This document shows, piece after piece, positions 23,695 to 34,153 of a stretch of DNA of 64,000 bases; the stretch's first letter is position 1, and the number at the start of each line of letters is the position of its first letter. The position numbers were made by a program, and so were the translations under genes. The stretch comes from Rebecca billardiae RCC1528 (lineage: Eukaryota; Protista; Haptophyta): positions 1,550,001 through 1,614,000 of the forward strand of contig OZ251227.1 in assembly GCA_965240325.2 (NCBI GenBank), written 5' to 3'. Below the pieces are notes generated by a model. It saw nothing but the letters and a program-made list of their open reading frames with translations, searched no databases and was not told the DNA's origin.

Positions 23695-25353
23695 CTACTG
23701 ATGCTCCATCAGTGACAAGGGCGACCCCGGGCCCGATGTCAGACCGGAGCCACTGACCGCCGCGCGCGGCTTGCGGAAGGAGAGGCACTTTGTGGCGGAG
23801 CGCAGCCCCTTCCACTCGGGCTCAAGGCCCGCCTCCTCCCGGAAGATGGCGGCGAAGTCAGTCGCCAGGAAGTCGAGGTAGAAGGGCTCGTTCATGCGCG
23901 CAAAGTTGCCGATGCGTCCGTCCGCGTCGGGCCGGTCGCCCAGCTGCTGCGAGTCCGTGAGCACGAAGAGGCCGCCCGGACGAAGGAGCCTTCCCACCTC
24001 GCGCGCGACGGCGCGCACGGCGGACGTCGGCAGCTCGTGGAAGAGGTACACGGAGGTGATCGCGTCCATGCTCTGGTCGGGCAGCGGCACCAGCTCGGCG
24101 TTGGCCTGGATGAAGCGCACGGGCGCGTGTGCCGCCTGCCCGCGCTCGGCGCGCAGCGCGCGCGCGTACTCCACATTCTCGCGCGCGCGCTCAAGGTAGA
24201 AGGGGCTGAGGTCGAGAGCGGTCGCGCTGCGCACGCGCTCGCCAAGCGCGTCCAGCGTGAAGGTCAGGAAGCGGCCCGTGCCGCACGCGATCTCGAGGTA
24301 GTCGAGCGCACGGCCGGGCTCCGCCGCCGCGCGCTCCTCGGCAAAGCGGCACAGCGGGCGCAGCGTGAGCCGCTGCATCGCGTCCTGCCGGCCGAGGAAG
24401 AGCGTCTCGGTCGAGAACTCGTACGTGCGCGACGAGTCGGAGGAGAGCCAGCCGTCGCTCTGGAAGTGGAAGGTGTCGTAGTACTCGGGGTAGAGGGCGC
24501 CTTCGGCGCGCGCCTCGCCCCGCCCGAGCCACACCGGCTCGGGCTCCTCGCGCTGCCGCCGGCGCAGCGTGGCGAGGGCCTCGGGCAGAAAGCGGCCCAG
24601 CTCGCGCACCGTGGCGAGCGGGTCGTACTGCCGATGGCGCAGCTCGGTCATGTCGAAGGGGAGTGGGTACTCGCCGGCGGTGATGCACGCCAGGTCGTCA
24701 TGGAAGGCGCTCAGCGCCTCGGCGAACAGCCGCGGGATGCCCTGCAGCGTCGTGCTCCCGGACTGGGGCGTGATCACGCTGCTCTGCAGCAGGAACGCAG
24801 CGCCACCGCCGCCCTCGCTGCCCGTCGCCGGCCGCAGCGAGGAGAGGTACACGCCCGCCCACGCGCCGAGGAAGAAGAGCGACCGGCCGAGGTGGTACCC
24901 ATAGTAGGGCCCTGCGCGCACCGGGTCGGCGCGCACGTCCTCGAGGATGGCGGGCACGAGCTCCTCGAGCAGCGCGTTGCTGCCCGGCACAGAGGCCGAG
25001 GGGGACGCGGCGGGCGGTGCGGCCCACTTGGCGTCCCATGCGGCCCAGGCGTCCACGGAGGGGTCAAGTGTGAAGGTCTCGCGCTCGGCGAGCCCAGGCT
25101 TGAAGGCAGCAGCGACCTTCGACGGGTCCGCGCTCACGCCACTGACGATGTCGCGCGAGGGCGGCGGCGTGGGTGCGGCGGTCGACGTCTCCGGCGTAGT
25201 CACCATGGTGTCGGCTGCGCGCACGGCTGCGCGGCTGCGGAGCGCACCTGACGGGCGCGACTGCACGCCGCGCCACGCATGCGCGCTTGGCGAGGCGAGT
25301 GCGGCGACGAGCGCGGCGGCGACGAGCGGGGCGGGGCGGCGCGGACGGCTCAT
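23695..25353 (-). CDS. Class I SAM-dependent methyltransferase, probably plastid-targeted
   Basis: LEIACGTGRF motif I, ALDLSPFYL, VYLFHELP, YPEYYDTFHFQSDGWLS; bipartite N-terminal presequence. Confidence 0.88.
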   Translation of the reverse strand: MSRPRRPAPLVAAALVAALASPSAHAWRGVQSRPSGALRSRAAVRAADTMVTTPETSTAAPTPPPSRDIVSGVSADPSKVAAAFKPGLAERETFTLDPSVDAWAAWDAKWAAPPAASPSASVPGSNALLEELVPAILEDVRADPVRAGPYYGYHLGRSLFFLGAWAGVYLSSLRPATGSEGGGGAAFLLQSSVITPQSGSTTLQGIPRLFAEALSAFHDDLACITAGEYPLPFDMTELRHRQYDPLATVRELGRFLPEALATLRRRQREEPEPVWLGRGEARAEGALYPEYYDTFHFQSDGWLSSDSSRTYEFSTETLFLGRQDAMQRLTLRPLCRFAEERAAAEPGRALDYLEIACGTGRFLTFTLDALGERVRSATALDLSPFYLERARENVEYARALRAERGQAAHAPVRFIQANAELVPLPDQSMDAITSVYLFHELPTSAVRAVAREVGRLLRPGGLFVLTDSQQLGDRPDADGRIGNFARMNEPFYLDFLATDFAAIFREEAGLEPEWKGLRSATKCLSFRKPRAAVSGSGLTSGPGSPLSLMEHQ

Positions 25354-25503
25354 CGTGCACGTGCGAGTGAATCTGCAGTCCCGCCGAAGCAAATCGAACT
25401 CTCGATATGTTTCTGGCTTTCTGCATCTGCCGGACGGCGCCAGCTAGGGTGCTAAACCGGACCAAGCGGTCCTGGTGAGCACTGCTCAAGTCGTGAACTC
25501 GTG

Positions 25504-27678
25504 ATGGGCGGCCTCTCTCCGGTCACGGCCATCCTTACGGCCATCCTCGCCGTCGCAGGCGGGGCAGCGGCCGACGATGCGGATGCGCGCGCCCGCCGTA
25601 TCCTCGCTCGGATGACCCGTGCAGAGCGCATCACGCTCCTCCACGGCACTGGCAAGGTCGAGCCGTACGTGGGCAACACGGCCGCCATCGAGCGCGTGGG
25701 CGTGCCCGCGCTCACGCTCAACGATGGGCCTCAGGGCTTCCGCGTGGACAAGTACCCGGGCACGTCGACGCAGTGGCCGTCGGCGTTGACGGTCGCTGCG
25801 ACCTGGGACGCCGCGTCTGTCGAGGCATGGGGCCGTGCGATGGGCCAGGAGTTCCGCGCGAAAGGCGCCAACGTGTTCCTCGGGCCCGGGCTGAACGTCG
25901 CGCGCGTGCCACACGGCGGGCGGAACTTTGAGTACCTCTCGGGCGAGGACCCGTACCTGGGCGCGGCGCTGGTGGGCCCGCTGGTGCGCGGCGTGCAGTC
26001 CCAGCGCGTCGTCGCGTGCGCCAAGCACTGGGTCCTCAACAACCAGGAGAGCGATCGTCTCACGATCTCGTCGGTCGCAGACGGCCGCACGCTGCGGGAG
26101 CTGTACGTGCCGCCGTTCGCCGCGGCGGTGCGCGCGGGCGTGGGCTCGTTCATGTGCGCGTACAACCGCGTGAACGGCACGTACGCGTGCTCGAGCCGCG
26201 CGATGCTGCGCGGCCTGCTCAAGACCGAGCTCGGCTTTGGCGGCTGGGTGATGTCGGACTGGGAGGCGTGCCACGCGCGCGGCCTCGGCGCAGGGCTCGA
26301 CCAGGAGATGCCCGAGGCGCGCTGCCTCAACGAGACGAGCCTCGCGCGCGCGGACGAGCGGCTGCTCAACGCGTCCGCGCTGGCGATACTCACCTCGCTC
26401 GTGCGCGTGGGCGTGCTCGGCGACGAGCACGTCGCGCCGCGCCCTGTTGCGGCGGGCGGCGGGGCGCGCGACGGCAGCGACGCATCGCGCCCGCCGCCAC
26501 CGCCGCCGCCACCACCCATCGCGGCGAATGTGACGTCCGCCGCGCACCGCGACCTCGCGCGCGCGCTCGCCGCGCGCGCGACCGTGCTGCTCAAGAACGC
26601 CCGCGGGCTGCTCCCGCTGCGCGCGCCGCAGACGCCCGAGCGCACGCGCGTCCTCGTCGTGGGCCGGGAGGCGGTCGCGCCCAGCACGGGCGGGCGCGGC
26701 TCGGGCGCGGTCGTGCCCGCGTCCGTGCGCGCGCCGCTCGACGAGCTGCGCGCGCGGCTGCCCGCCTCCGGCGGCAGTGGCAGCGGCGCCGGGTACGTCG
26801 TCGAGTACGTCGACGGGCGCGACACTCTGCTCGCCGAGGCGCTCGCGCTCGGCGCGGACGTGGTGCTCGCCTTTGCGGGCACCACGTCGGGCGAGGGCTC
26901 AGACCGGCGCAGCCTGGCGCTGGGCGACGGGCAGGATGAGTGGCTGTGCGCGCTCTCCGTGCTCGCGGGGCACAAGATGGCCGTGGTGCTCACGAGCCCG
27001 GGCGCGGTGCTCACCGCGCCGTGGGCGGGGCGCAGCTCGGCCGTCCTCGCCTCCTTCCTCCCGGGCGAGGCCTTCGGCGCCGCCATCGCCGACGTGCTCG
27101 TGGGCGATGCCGAGCCGAGCGGCAGGCTGCCGCTGAGCTTCCCGCGCGGGGAGAACGACCTCAACTGGACGCGCGCGCAGTTCCCGGGCGAGCACGGCGT
27201 CGCGCTGTACTCGGAGGGGCTCGCCGTCGGGTACCGCGGGTACGAGGTGCACGGCGTGCGGCCCGCCTTCCCGTTCGGGCACGGCCTCAGCTTTGCGGGG
27301 CGATTCGAGTACTCTCAGCTGCGCGTCGACGCGGGCGCGCGCACCGTGAGCGCGCGCGTGGCCAACGCGGGCGTGCGCCCAGGCACGGAGGTCGCGCAGC
27401 TGTACGTGCGCCTCCCGCCGCCGGCCGATGCGCCGTTCAAGCAGCTGCGCGGCTTTGCGCGCCTCGAGCTCGCCGCGGGCGAGGCGGTGCGCGCAGACTT
27501 CAAGCTCAGCCGCCGCGACCTGTCGGTGTGGCGCCCAGCACGGCGCGGCGAGGGAGGCGAGGGCGACCAAGCGCGCGGCGGCTGGCACGAGGTGTGCGGC
27601 GCCGTCGAGATCCGCGTCGGCGCGTCCGTGGAGGACATCCGCCTCAGCGGCGAGATGCACTTGCCGTGCCCCCAGTGA
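25504..27678 (+). CDS. Glycoside hydrolase family 3 beta-glucosidase (secreted)
   Basis: DGPQG, GRNFEYLSGEDP, KHW, MCAYN, VMSDW nucleophile, GEGSDR acid/base region, PFGHGLS and Fn3-like tail; signal peptide. Confidence 0.93.
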   Translation: MGGLSPVTAILTAILAVAGGAAADDADARARRILARMTRAERITLLHGTGKVEPYVGNTAAIERVGVPALTLNDGPQGFRVDKYPGTSTQWPSALTVAATWDAASVEAWGRAMGQEFRAKGANVFLGPGLNVARVPHGGRNFEYLSGEDPYLGAALVGPLVRGVQSQRVVACAKHWVLNNQESDRLTISSVADGRTLRELYVPPFAAAVRAGVGSFMCAYNRVNGTYACSSRAMLRGLLKTELGFGGWVMSDWEACHARGLGAGLDQEMPEARCLNETSLARADERLLNASALAILTSLVRVGVLGDEHVAPRPVAAGGGARDGSDASRPPPPPPPPPIAANVTSAAHRDLARALAARATVLLKNARGLLPLRAPQTPERTRVLVVGREAVAPSTGGRGSGAVVPASVRAPLDELRARLPASGGSGSGAGYVVEYVDGRDTLLAEALALGADVVLAFAGTTSGEGSDRRSLALGDGQDEWLCALSVLAGHKMAVVLTSPGAVLTAPWAGRSSAVLASFLPGEAFGAAIADVLVGDAEPSGRLPLSFPRGENDLNWTRAQFPGEHGVALYSEGLAVGYRGYEVHGVRPAFPFGHGLSFAGRFEYSQLRVDAGARTVSARVANAGVRPGTEVAQLYVRLPPPADAPFKQLRGFARLELAAGEAVRADFKLSRRDLSVWRPARRGEGGEGDQARGGWHEVCGAVEIRVGASVEDIRLSGEMHLPCPQ

Positions 27679-27900
27679 CGTGCTCACGCGGCCCGCGGGC
27701 GCCCGCGGCCTGGACCCTGGCGCAGCGCTCGGGGCGTCATGCTGCGCTGTGTCACGCGGTGGCACCACTATACTATGGCAACAACGAGCAATGGTGTCAG
27801 CGATGAAAACGCGCAGCGGAAGTAGACGAGTTATAGCCCAACCTGACCGATGCACACCCTTGCCGTCGCTCTGTGCATGGGGTCAGACCCATGCTCTGTT

Positions 27901-27947
27901 AATCTCGCCTGCCTGAGCTGTGTGCGTCTCTTATTCTTAGTAAACTG
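27901..27947 (-). mobile_element. Solo TIR of the MITE at 36262-36517
   Basis: AATCTCGCCTGCCTGAGCTGTGTGCGTCTCTTATTCTTAGTAAACTG followed by TA is the reverse complement of the MITE left TIR; no partner TIR seen nearby. Confidence 0.8.
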
Positions 27948-28111
27948 TACCTGATGCAGCCCGAAAATCTTCTCCGCTGCGATTTTCTTCGTGATGATTT
28001 CGGACCCGCGCGCGCGCATCACAGAATTTCGCGCCAAAATCAAGCGCGCCATCAAAAAAAGCCGACGAGTTCCGCGCGGGTGCGGACCGCGCGCGACGTG
28101 CTGTGATTCCG

Positions 28112-29068
28112 ATGACGCGTGTGCTGGCAGTGCTCGCCGTGCTCGTGGCTGCATGCGATGCTCGCGTGCAGCCTCGTGCAGTGGCGAGCGGCGGGAATAA
28201 TCTCCTTCGCAGCAGACAATCGCAGCGTGGCACCAGCCCTCGGCTCGCTCACTTTGATCGCCGCACGCTCGCGAGCCGCGCGCTTGCTGCGGGTGCGCTT
28301 GCATTCCCGCTGCTCGGCGCACGTGCCGAGGAGGGCGAGGCGGCACCTGCGGTCGCTGAGGCGCCACGGGCCCTCCCCGACATGCCCAAGGGCATGACCC
28401 TCCCGTACCTTGGCGAGGATGTGGACATCCGCAAGCTACTCGGCCGTGCGACGCTGGTCGTCAACATCAAGCTCGATGACCCGCTCACTGGCCCCAACCT
28501 GACGGGGCTCGAGGACCTCGCGAAGAAGCTGGGGCCGCAGGGTCTGCGGATTCTGGCCATTCCGACCGACCAGGGGTGGTTCGAGCCCGACACCTCCGAC
28601 GTGATCCGGCAGAAGGCCAAGTACTCGTACAACTATGGCGGGACGATCAACGCAATCCTTCTGGACAAGGTGAACGTGGAGCCTCCCAACCAGCACCCGC
28701 TGTACAACTACCTCGTGAATGCGCTGCCAACGCCGGGTGGCGGGGCGCGCATCGGGCTCAACTACGAGAAAATCCTGCTCGATTCGGAGGGCCGCCCGCT
28801 GCGCCGCTACCCGCGCAAGTACGCCGCAGCGAGCTTTGCAGACGACGTGAAAGCGCTGCTGGATGTGGAGGGCGACAGGCCGGACGCGGGCGCGCAGGCA
28901 AAGGCGTTGCCGCCGGCGTCGGCGGAGTGGAAGCAGGCGTGGACGGACGCGTCGTCGGAGGCGCGGCGCTCGGAGTACGCCTTCCGCCCGTCGGGCATCA
29001 ACCGCTCGTACTACACCGGCTACGGCATGGACATGAAGACGCAGCCTAGCGACCTGAAGCCGGAGTGA
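28112..29068 (+). CDS. Glutathione peroxidase-fold protein lacking the peroxidatic Cys; likely thylakoid lumen
   Basis: GRATLVVNI, GLRILAIPTDQG, HPLYNYL, LNYEKILLDSEGRPLRRY; signal peptide, transit peptide and twin-Arg RRTLA..AFPLLGARA-E. Confidence 0.8.
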   Translation: MTRVLAVLAVLVAACDARVQPRAVASGGNNLLRSRQSQRGTSPRLAHFDRRTLASRALAAGALAFPLLGARAEEGEAAPAVAEAPRALPDMPKGMTLPYLGEDVDIRKLLGRATLVVNIKLDDPLTGPNLTGLEDLAKKLGPQGLRILAIPTDQGWFEPDTSDVIRQKAKYSYNYGGTINAILLDKVNVEPPNQHPLYNYLVNALPTPGGGARIGLNYEKILLDSEGRPLRRYPRKYAAASFADDVKALLDVEGDRPDAGAQAKALPPASAEWKQAWTDASSEARRSEYAFRPSGINRSYYTGYGMDMKTQPSDLKPE

Positions 29069-29316
29069 GCGCAGCGACCCAGCCAGCATCGAAACGGCGG
29101 CATGGCGTCGCCGGCTCTCAGTCAGGCCCACGTGCACGCGCGGTGGCTTATGCCTCGTGGGCTTCGAGGCTGCATCCTCGTCGACTGCTCGCAGTGGCTC
29201 GTCCGCAGTTGATGCCCTGTTTATTCAGGCGCAGCCAGCATCGTCAGCCCCGTGGCCAGAGCGAAGTCCTATGGCCAGAGTGACTAGTGAGACTGTGTGG
29301 CGGCCGACCAGTCCGC

Positions 29317-29406
29317 GGTCCGACTGGTCCGACTGCGCCCCGAGTGGCACCCTGACCCTGTGGTCCGACTGGTCCGACCGCGCCCCGAGTGGCACCCTGA
29401 CCCTGT
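29317..29406. repeat. Tandem duplication, 2 x 45 bp
   Basis: GGTCCGACTGGTCCGACYGCGCCCCGAGTGGCACCCTGACCCTGT occurs twice. Confidence 0.85.
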
Positions 29407-30883
29407 CGCGCTCGCGCCCCGGGGCCGGGTGCCACCTTTAGGTCACCTTAGTGCACTGAGTCTGAGAGTAACCGATATTATATTGGCGACAAGCTGCTCG
29501 TCAACTCGAGCAAGCTGCGCGCTGTCCGCGTCGAGCTGCTCGCGCCGGCGGCCGCGCCTTGAGCGGCTCGCGGCGGTGCGGGCGTGCGCACGAGCTTGTC
29601 TGCGTCGAGCTGCTCGCGCCCCAGGCCGCGCGGTCACCTCGTTAGTGGCGCGGGCATGCGCACGAGCTCGTGCTTGGCTGCAGCTTCTCAGAGGACTGCT
29701 ACAGCTGGCTGGCTCAGAGCTTGTCCGGCGAGCGCGCCACGAGGTGCGGCGGCCTGCGCCGCAGCAGTCAATGCGTTGCTCGATGCTGCAATGCTGCGCT
29801 ACGTCTTGACTCGCGAGGGAGGTGCCGAAATCGGGGCTGTGTGCAATGCGTCATGGCCGCTCGGCGCAGAGCCGACGCTGCACGACGCAGCCCTCAGCCA
29901 ACACCGGTGAACACGGTCTGCTATTAATGCAAATTCTCGGGCGAGTAATGGCGCCCTATTCAGGCGTATTTGGTCGTCCTGCTTCGATCCCGAGGCTGGG
30001 GGCCAGAGCCCCCCCCCCGAGAGTCTGAACGTACAGCGTACTCCTGCTGGACGTCCCCGACAGTGACTGGAGCCCTAATAACAGTTACACAGTTTAGGTT
30101 ACAGTAGCTAGTAACCGAATAAGTAGGCACTAACTAACGTACTATATTATCACTGACTACTCAGTTCGGTCACCTGACGAATATTTATATACTCACTGTA
30201 ACTATAGCACAGAGTCAGCAGTCAATAGGTGGGGTTATTGGCACAATAACTATACTCATCACTGGTAGGCAAGGTTGGCATGGCGGTCAGGACGGCCAAT
30301 TCGTGAACTGGGTTTTTCATCATGCGCCGAGCCAACCGTTACCGTCGCTGCTGCGTGCCTCCCGCTCACCCGCAGCGATCGCCCTTCGGAAGCGCCCACT
30401 GTCCTGATGGCTGCAGCTTGTCGGCGTCGAGCGGCCAGTCCTGCCGCGCGCTCGGCCCGAGCGCTGGCTGCCGCTCGCACTTTGTTTCGAGGAACAAAAG
30501 TCCCATCAGCGCATACAATGTATAAAGTCTGGTCTCTCGCCGCGTGGCTCCGCCCTGCCCGGCGTGTGCCTCGCCTCCTCACTGCATCTGGATGGCGCAG
30601 GCGGCGCTTATTCGAGGACCGGGAGCCTATCGACGTATATATACTGAAATAAAAATATACCCGTCCATGTGTGGTGCCTGAGCCGCCCGGGAAGCGACGC
30701 ACATCATTAGCTCATGCACCCTTCATGCGATGACTGCATGGGATCAGTGACCGTCGGGTTACAAATGGTCATTTCCTCTGGGTCTAGCTGCGACGTTCTG
30801 GAACTGCCCCGGGAGGCGCCCGCCGCCCGGCGCCGGGAGGTGAGCGGTGGGCCGCAGGTGAGCACCGTCCCCGCGGCTCACAT

Positions 30884-31417
30884 TTAACCCGTGTGGGGCG
30901 GCGGCTTGTTTGAATTGAAGGCGAGCATGCCCCTGAAGTCCTCGAGGCTGATCCTACCATCGCCATCAACATCGCTGGCCTCAATCAGCACGTTCATGTC
31001 CTCATCTGTGATCTCCCCAAAGCCGAGGTCGGTGAAGATACGACGCAGCGTGTCATTGTCCACAAATCCGGTGTTTTGCGGGTCGTAGACCGCGAAGGCC
31101 TGCTTGACGGGATCGAACCCGCCCAGCTGGTTATTCTCGAGGAGCCGGCGGAGCACCTCCTTGGTGAACACCGGCTCGGTGATGAGCGCCTTCACATCCT
31201 TAGCGGGCAGGTTGGGGTAGAACGTCGAGAGCCTGTTGTGCAGATCCTTCGCCGTGAGGCGCCCCTTGCCGTCGACGTCGAAGAAGTCGAAGGCGGCGCT
31301 CAGCTCGTCGTCATCTATCCGGATGTGCCCACGCCCAGCCTGCTCTGTCAGCCGCAGCTCCTCCTCGGAGATGTTGAGGATGGACGACGCCTTCGCCTTG
31401 TGCTTGGCGTGCGCCAT
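30884..31417 (-). CDS. EF-hand Ca2+-binding protein (calmodulin/centrin-like)
   Basis: EF loops DVDGKGRLTAKD, DPQNTGFVDNDT and DVDGDGRISLED. Confidence 0.88.
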   Translation of the reverse strand: MAHAKHKAKASSILNISEEELRLTEQAGRGHIRIDDDELSAAFDFFDVDGKGRLTAKDLHNRLSTFYPNLPAKDVKALITEPVFTKEVLRRLLENNQLGGFDPVKQAFAVYDPQNTGFVDNDTLRRIFTDLGFGEITDEDMNVLIEASDVDGDGRISLEDFRGMLAFNSNKPPPHTG

Positions 31418-31511
31418 CTTGATCAGTTGACGTTACCGCTTCCCGATATGAATCGACACCAAACCAAAACTATCCGGACCCAGGGCAGAGCGGGACCGTT
31501 GATAACCGGCG

Positions 31512-33521
31512 ATGGCGGCGACCCGCACGGCAGCGGATTGGAAGGCCGAGGGCAACGCGCACTTCGGCAAGGGGCAGTTCGCCGAGGCGGCGGCAGCGTA
31601 CACCGAGGCCATCGCACTTGAAGAGGACGCGGTCTACTACTCCAACCGCTGCGCGTGCCGGCTGAAGCTCGGCGCGCTCGACGACGCCCTGAGCGATGCC
31701 ACGCGGCTGCGCGACCTGAAGCCCAAGTGGGTGAAGACGGCATTCCGCGAGGGGTGTGTGCTGCACGCCCTTGGACGGTGCGTTCGCGCGTCCTACTGCA
31801 CGCCTCACTGCACGCCTCACGTGGGCCTGCCTGCCATAGCGTGCGCGTCACAGTGCTCAGCTCACAGCAACGCGCGTGCGCACACGCGCCCCCTGACACC
31901 ACCGCACACAGGCACGTCGAGGCAGCGCGCGCCTTTTGCGAGGCGATGCTGGCGGGTCCGAGCGACGAGGTGCGCGCGATGCTGGAGCAGACCATCGCGG
32001 CCGCGGGTCTGCATGACGATCCCGAGCAGCAGGAGCTGCTCCATCGCTGCCTCCAGGTCCTCCACAGCTCACGCCCAGCGGACATGCCAGCGAAGCGCGA
32101 GGCTGGAGGCGGGCAGTGGCGCCGGTGCGTGCAGCCATCGAAGGACGGGCCGCCCCCGCGCGGCGGGGCGACGCTCACCGCGGTGGGCAGTGCGCTGTGG
32201 CTCATCGGCGGGCTTGACGCCGCGCGAGGTGCCCTGACGCCAGACGTGTTCAGCCTGGACACGACCGTCGGTGCGCGCCTTTCTCAGTGTGCCCGCCGCG
32301 CGTGGCGATGCGCCCTGTCGGGCCGGCTGGCGCAGGCACGCCGCCGCGCCGGCTGGCGCGACGCGCGAGCGTCGGCTCACGCGGCGTTCGACGCCGCCTC
32401 CCCTCTCTGTCTGCGCCGCGCTCTCGCCGCACGCGCAGAGCCCTCTGCATGGTCGCTCGAGCACGGCAGCGTGCGCGGAGGGGCTGAACACAACGGCACT
32501 GGCACGCCTGCGGCACGCTTCGGGCACGCGGCGTGCGCGCGCGGCGCCGTCGTGTGGCTGTTCGGTGGGCATGCTGGGCCCGATGGCCATGCGAGCGCGG
32601 ACGACTCGGGCGTCTTCTCCGACGTGCACGCGCTCGACACGCGCACGTGCGCCTGGGTGGAGGCGCGTGCGGCCGACGCACCCGAAGCCCGGCACGCGCA
32701 CTCGCTGTGCTACGATGCCCACGGCGATCAGTTGCTGCTGTTCGGGGGCGCCGACGGGAAGAGCAAGCCCCTCGGCGGGCTGCACGCGCTCCCGCTCGGC
32801 TCTTTGGGCGTGGACGGGCTCCCCGACGCGCCCAGTGCCGAGGCAGGGCACTCCGCCCCACCTGGCGACCGCGCCGAGAGCGTGCCGTTGCGCTGGGTGA
32901 GTATCGAGCCGTCTGGTGGCGGCCCCTGTGCGCGGGAGATGCACGCCAGCGCGGTCACATGCCCGGCGCGCGACGGCACGGCGGCCGAGGCGCCGCCGGT
33001 GATGCTTGTGTGCGGGGGGCGCGCGGCAGGGCAGGTACTCAGCGACCTCTGGGTGCTGCACCTCGGTGCGTCGCGCGATCAAGCGCCCACCCGACGCCGC
33101 GCGCGTGACGCCGATGCCACGTACTCAGACATGCCTTCCCCCTGTGTGCGTGCGGTGTGTCCGCTGTGCAGGCTCGCTCACATGGCAGCTGTGCCCGTGT
33201 CCGCACGCTCGCTGCAGCCACGGGCTCAGCGTGCGCCCGACCGGCGACGGCGAGCCCCGCGCCACCGAGCTGGTCATCTTTGGCGGGTTTGATGGGCAGG
33301 GCATCTGCCAGTCCACACTCACGCTCCAGCTCGCAGCCGTCGAGCCCGGGTGCTGCAAGGCGCGCTGGGAGGACGTGTCAGATAGCGTGGTGGGTGCGCC
33401 GCGCGCGCGCATCGGCCATGCGCAGGCGGCGACGCGCCAATCCGTGTACGTGTTTGGCGGCGGTGCCGAAGACGGCACCTTCCTCGGCGACACGTGTCGG
33501 CTGACGCTTGCCAGCTGCTGA
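31512..33521 (+). CDS. TPR plus Kelch-repeat protein (3 introns)
   Basis: N-terminal STI1-type TPR KAEGNAHFGKGQFAEAAAAYTEAI..YYSNR; Kelch motifs LIGG, RFGH..LFGG, RHAH..LFGG, REMH..VCGG, IFGG, RIGH..VFGG. Confidence 0.85.
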
Positions 33522-34153
33522 CAAGTGACAGCTGACTAGAGTGAGCTGAGGTCATCAATCGCAACGGTTGAATCACAGCAGACATCCGATCACCAGCAAT
33601 GTCGGGCGATGACATGAGTCATGATGCAATTTCAATGATGCTGATGATATGCATGCAGCATGAAGTGAGCATGACGCAACCCGGAAATCATGAGTCACGG
33701 GGCCACGGGCACGGCGCCAGGCCCGTGACCGTGTGCGGCCGTGTCGGCCGGTGAGATGGTGAGTGACCCGGCGGTTCCGACAGTTACGACGGTCGACAGT
33801 CGTAGTGCTGCCACGTGGCCGTGCTGCCAGGATGCTGGACAGAGGACCGCCTGTCCGTGTCCGGGTGACGATTCGCGGGGTCGCCGACGCCGTCATCGTC
33901 GTCGACGACTCGATCTCGTCGAATAATCGATCGTCGGCATCAATCCTCGTCCGCGGTGTCGTCACCGATGTGATGATCATCGATCGCCAGCAGACCGAAT
34001 TATTCGTCGTCATATCATCGTCGTAATCGTCAGACATGAGACTCAGCCGTCTTGGCAGTCATCACTGAGTCAATAACACGCAGTATTCGTCACGCAAGAC
34101 GGCTGCTCGTCACTGTTCAAGGAGTTGTCAAGGGCAACGCCGGCGAGCGCCGC

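Noticed and set aside
28460-28490. Possible selenocysteine GPx
   Set aside because: No in-frame TGA at the active-site position; the codons are GAT GAC.
23695-29068. Methyltransferase, GH3 and GPx-like genes as a metabolic gene cluster
   Set aside because: Different predicted compartments, no scaffold-forming enzyme and no shared pathway; adjacency is explained by gene density.
33573-34037. 154-aa minus-strand ORF between TPR-Kelch and argH
   Set aside because: Stuttered GAC/GAT-rich low-complexity sequence with no motif; at most a decayed fragment.
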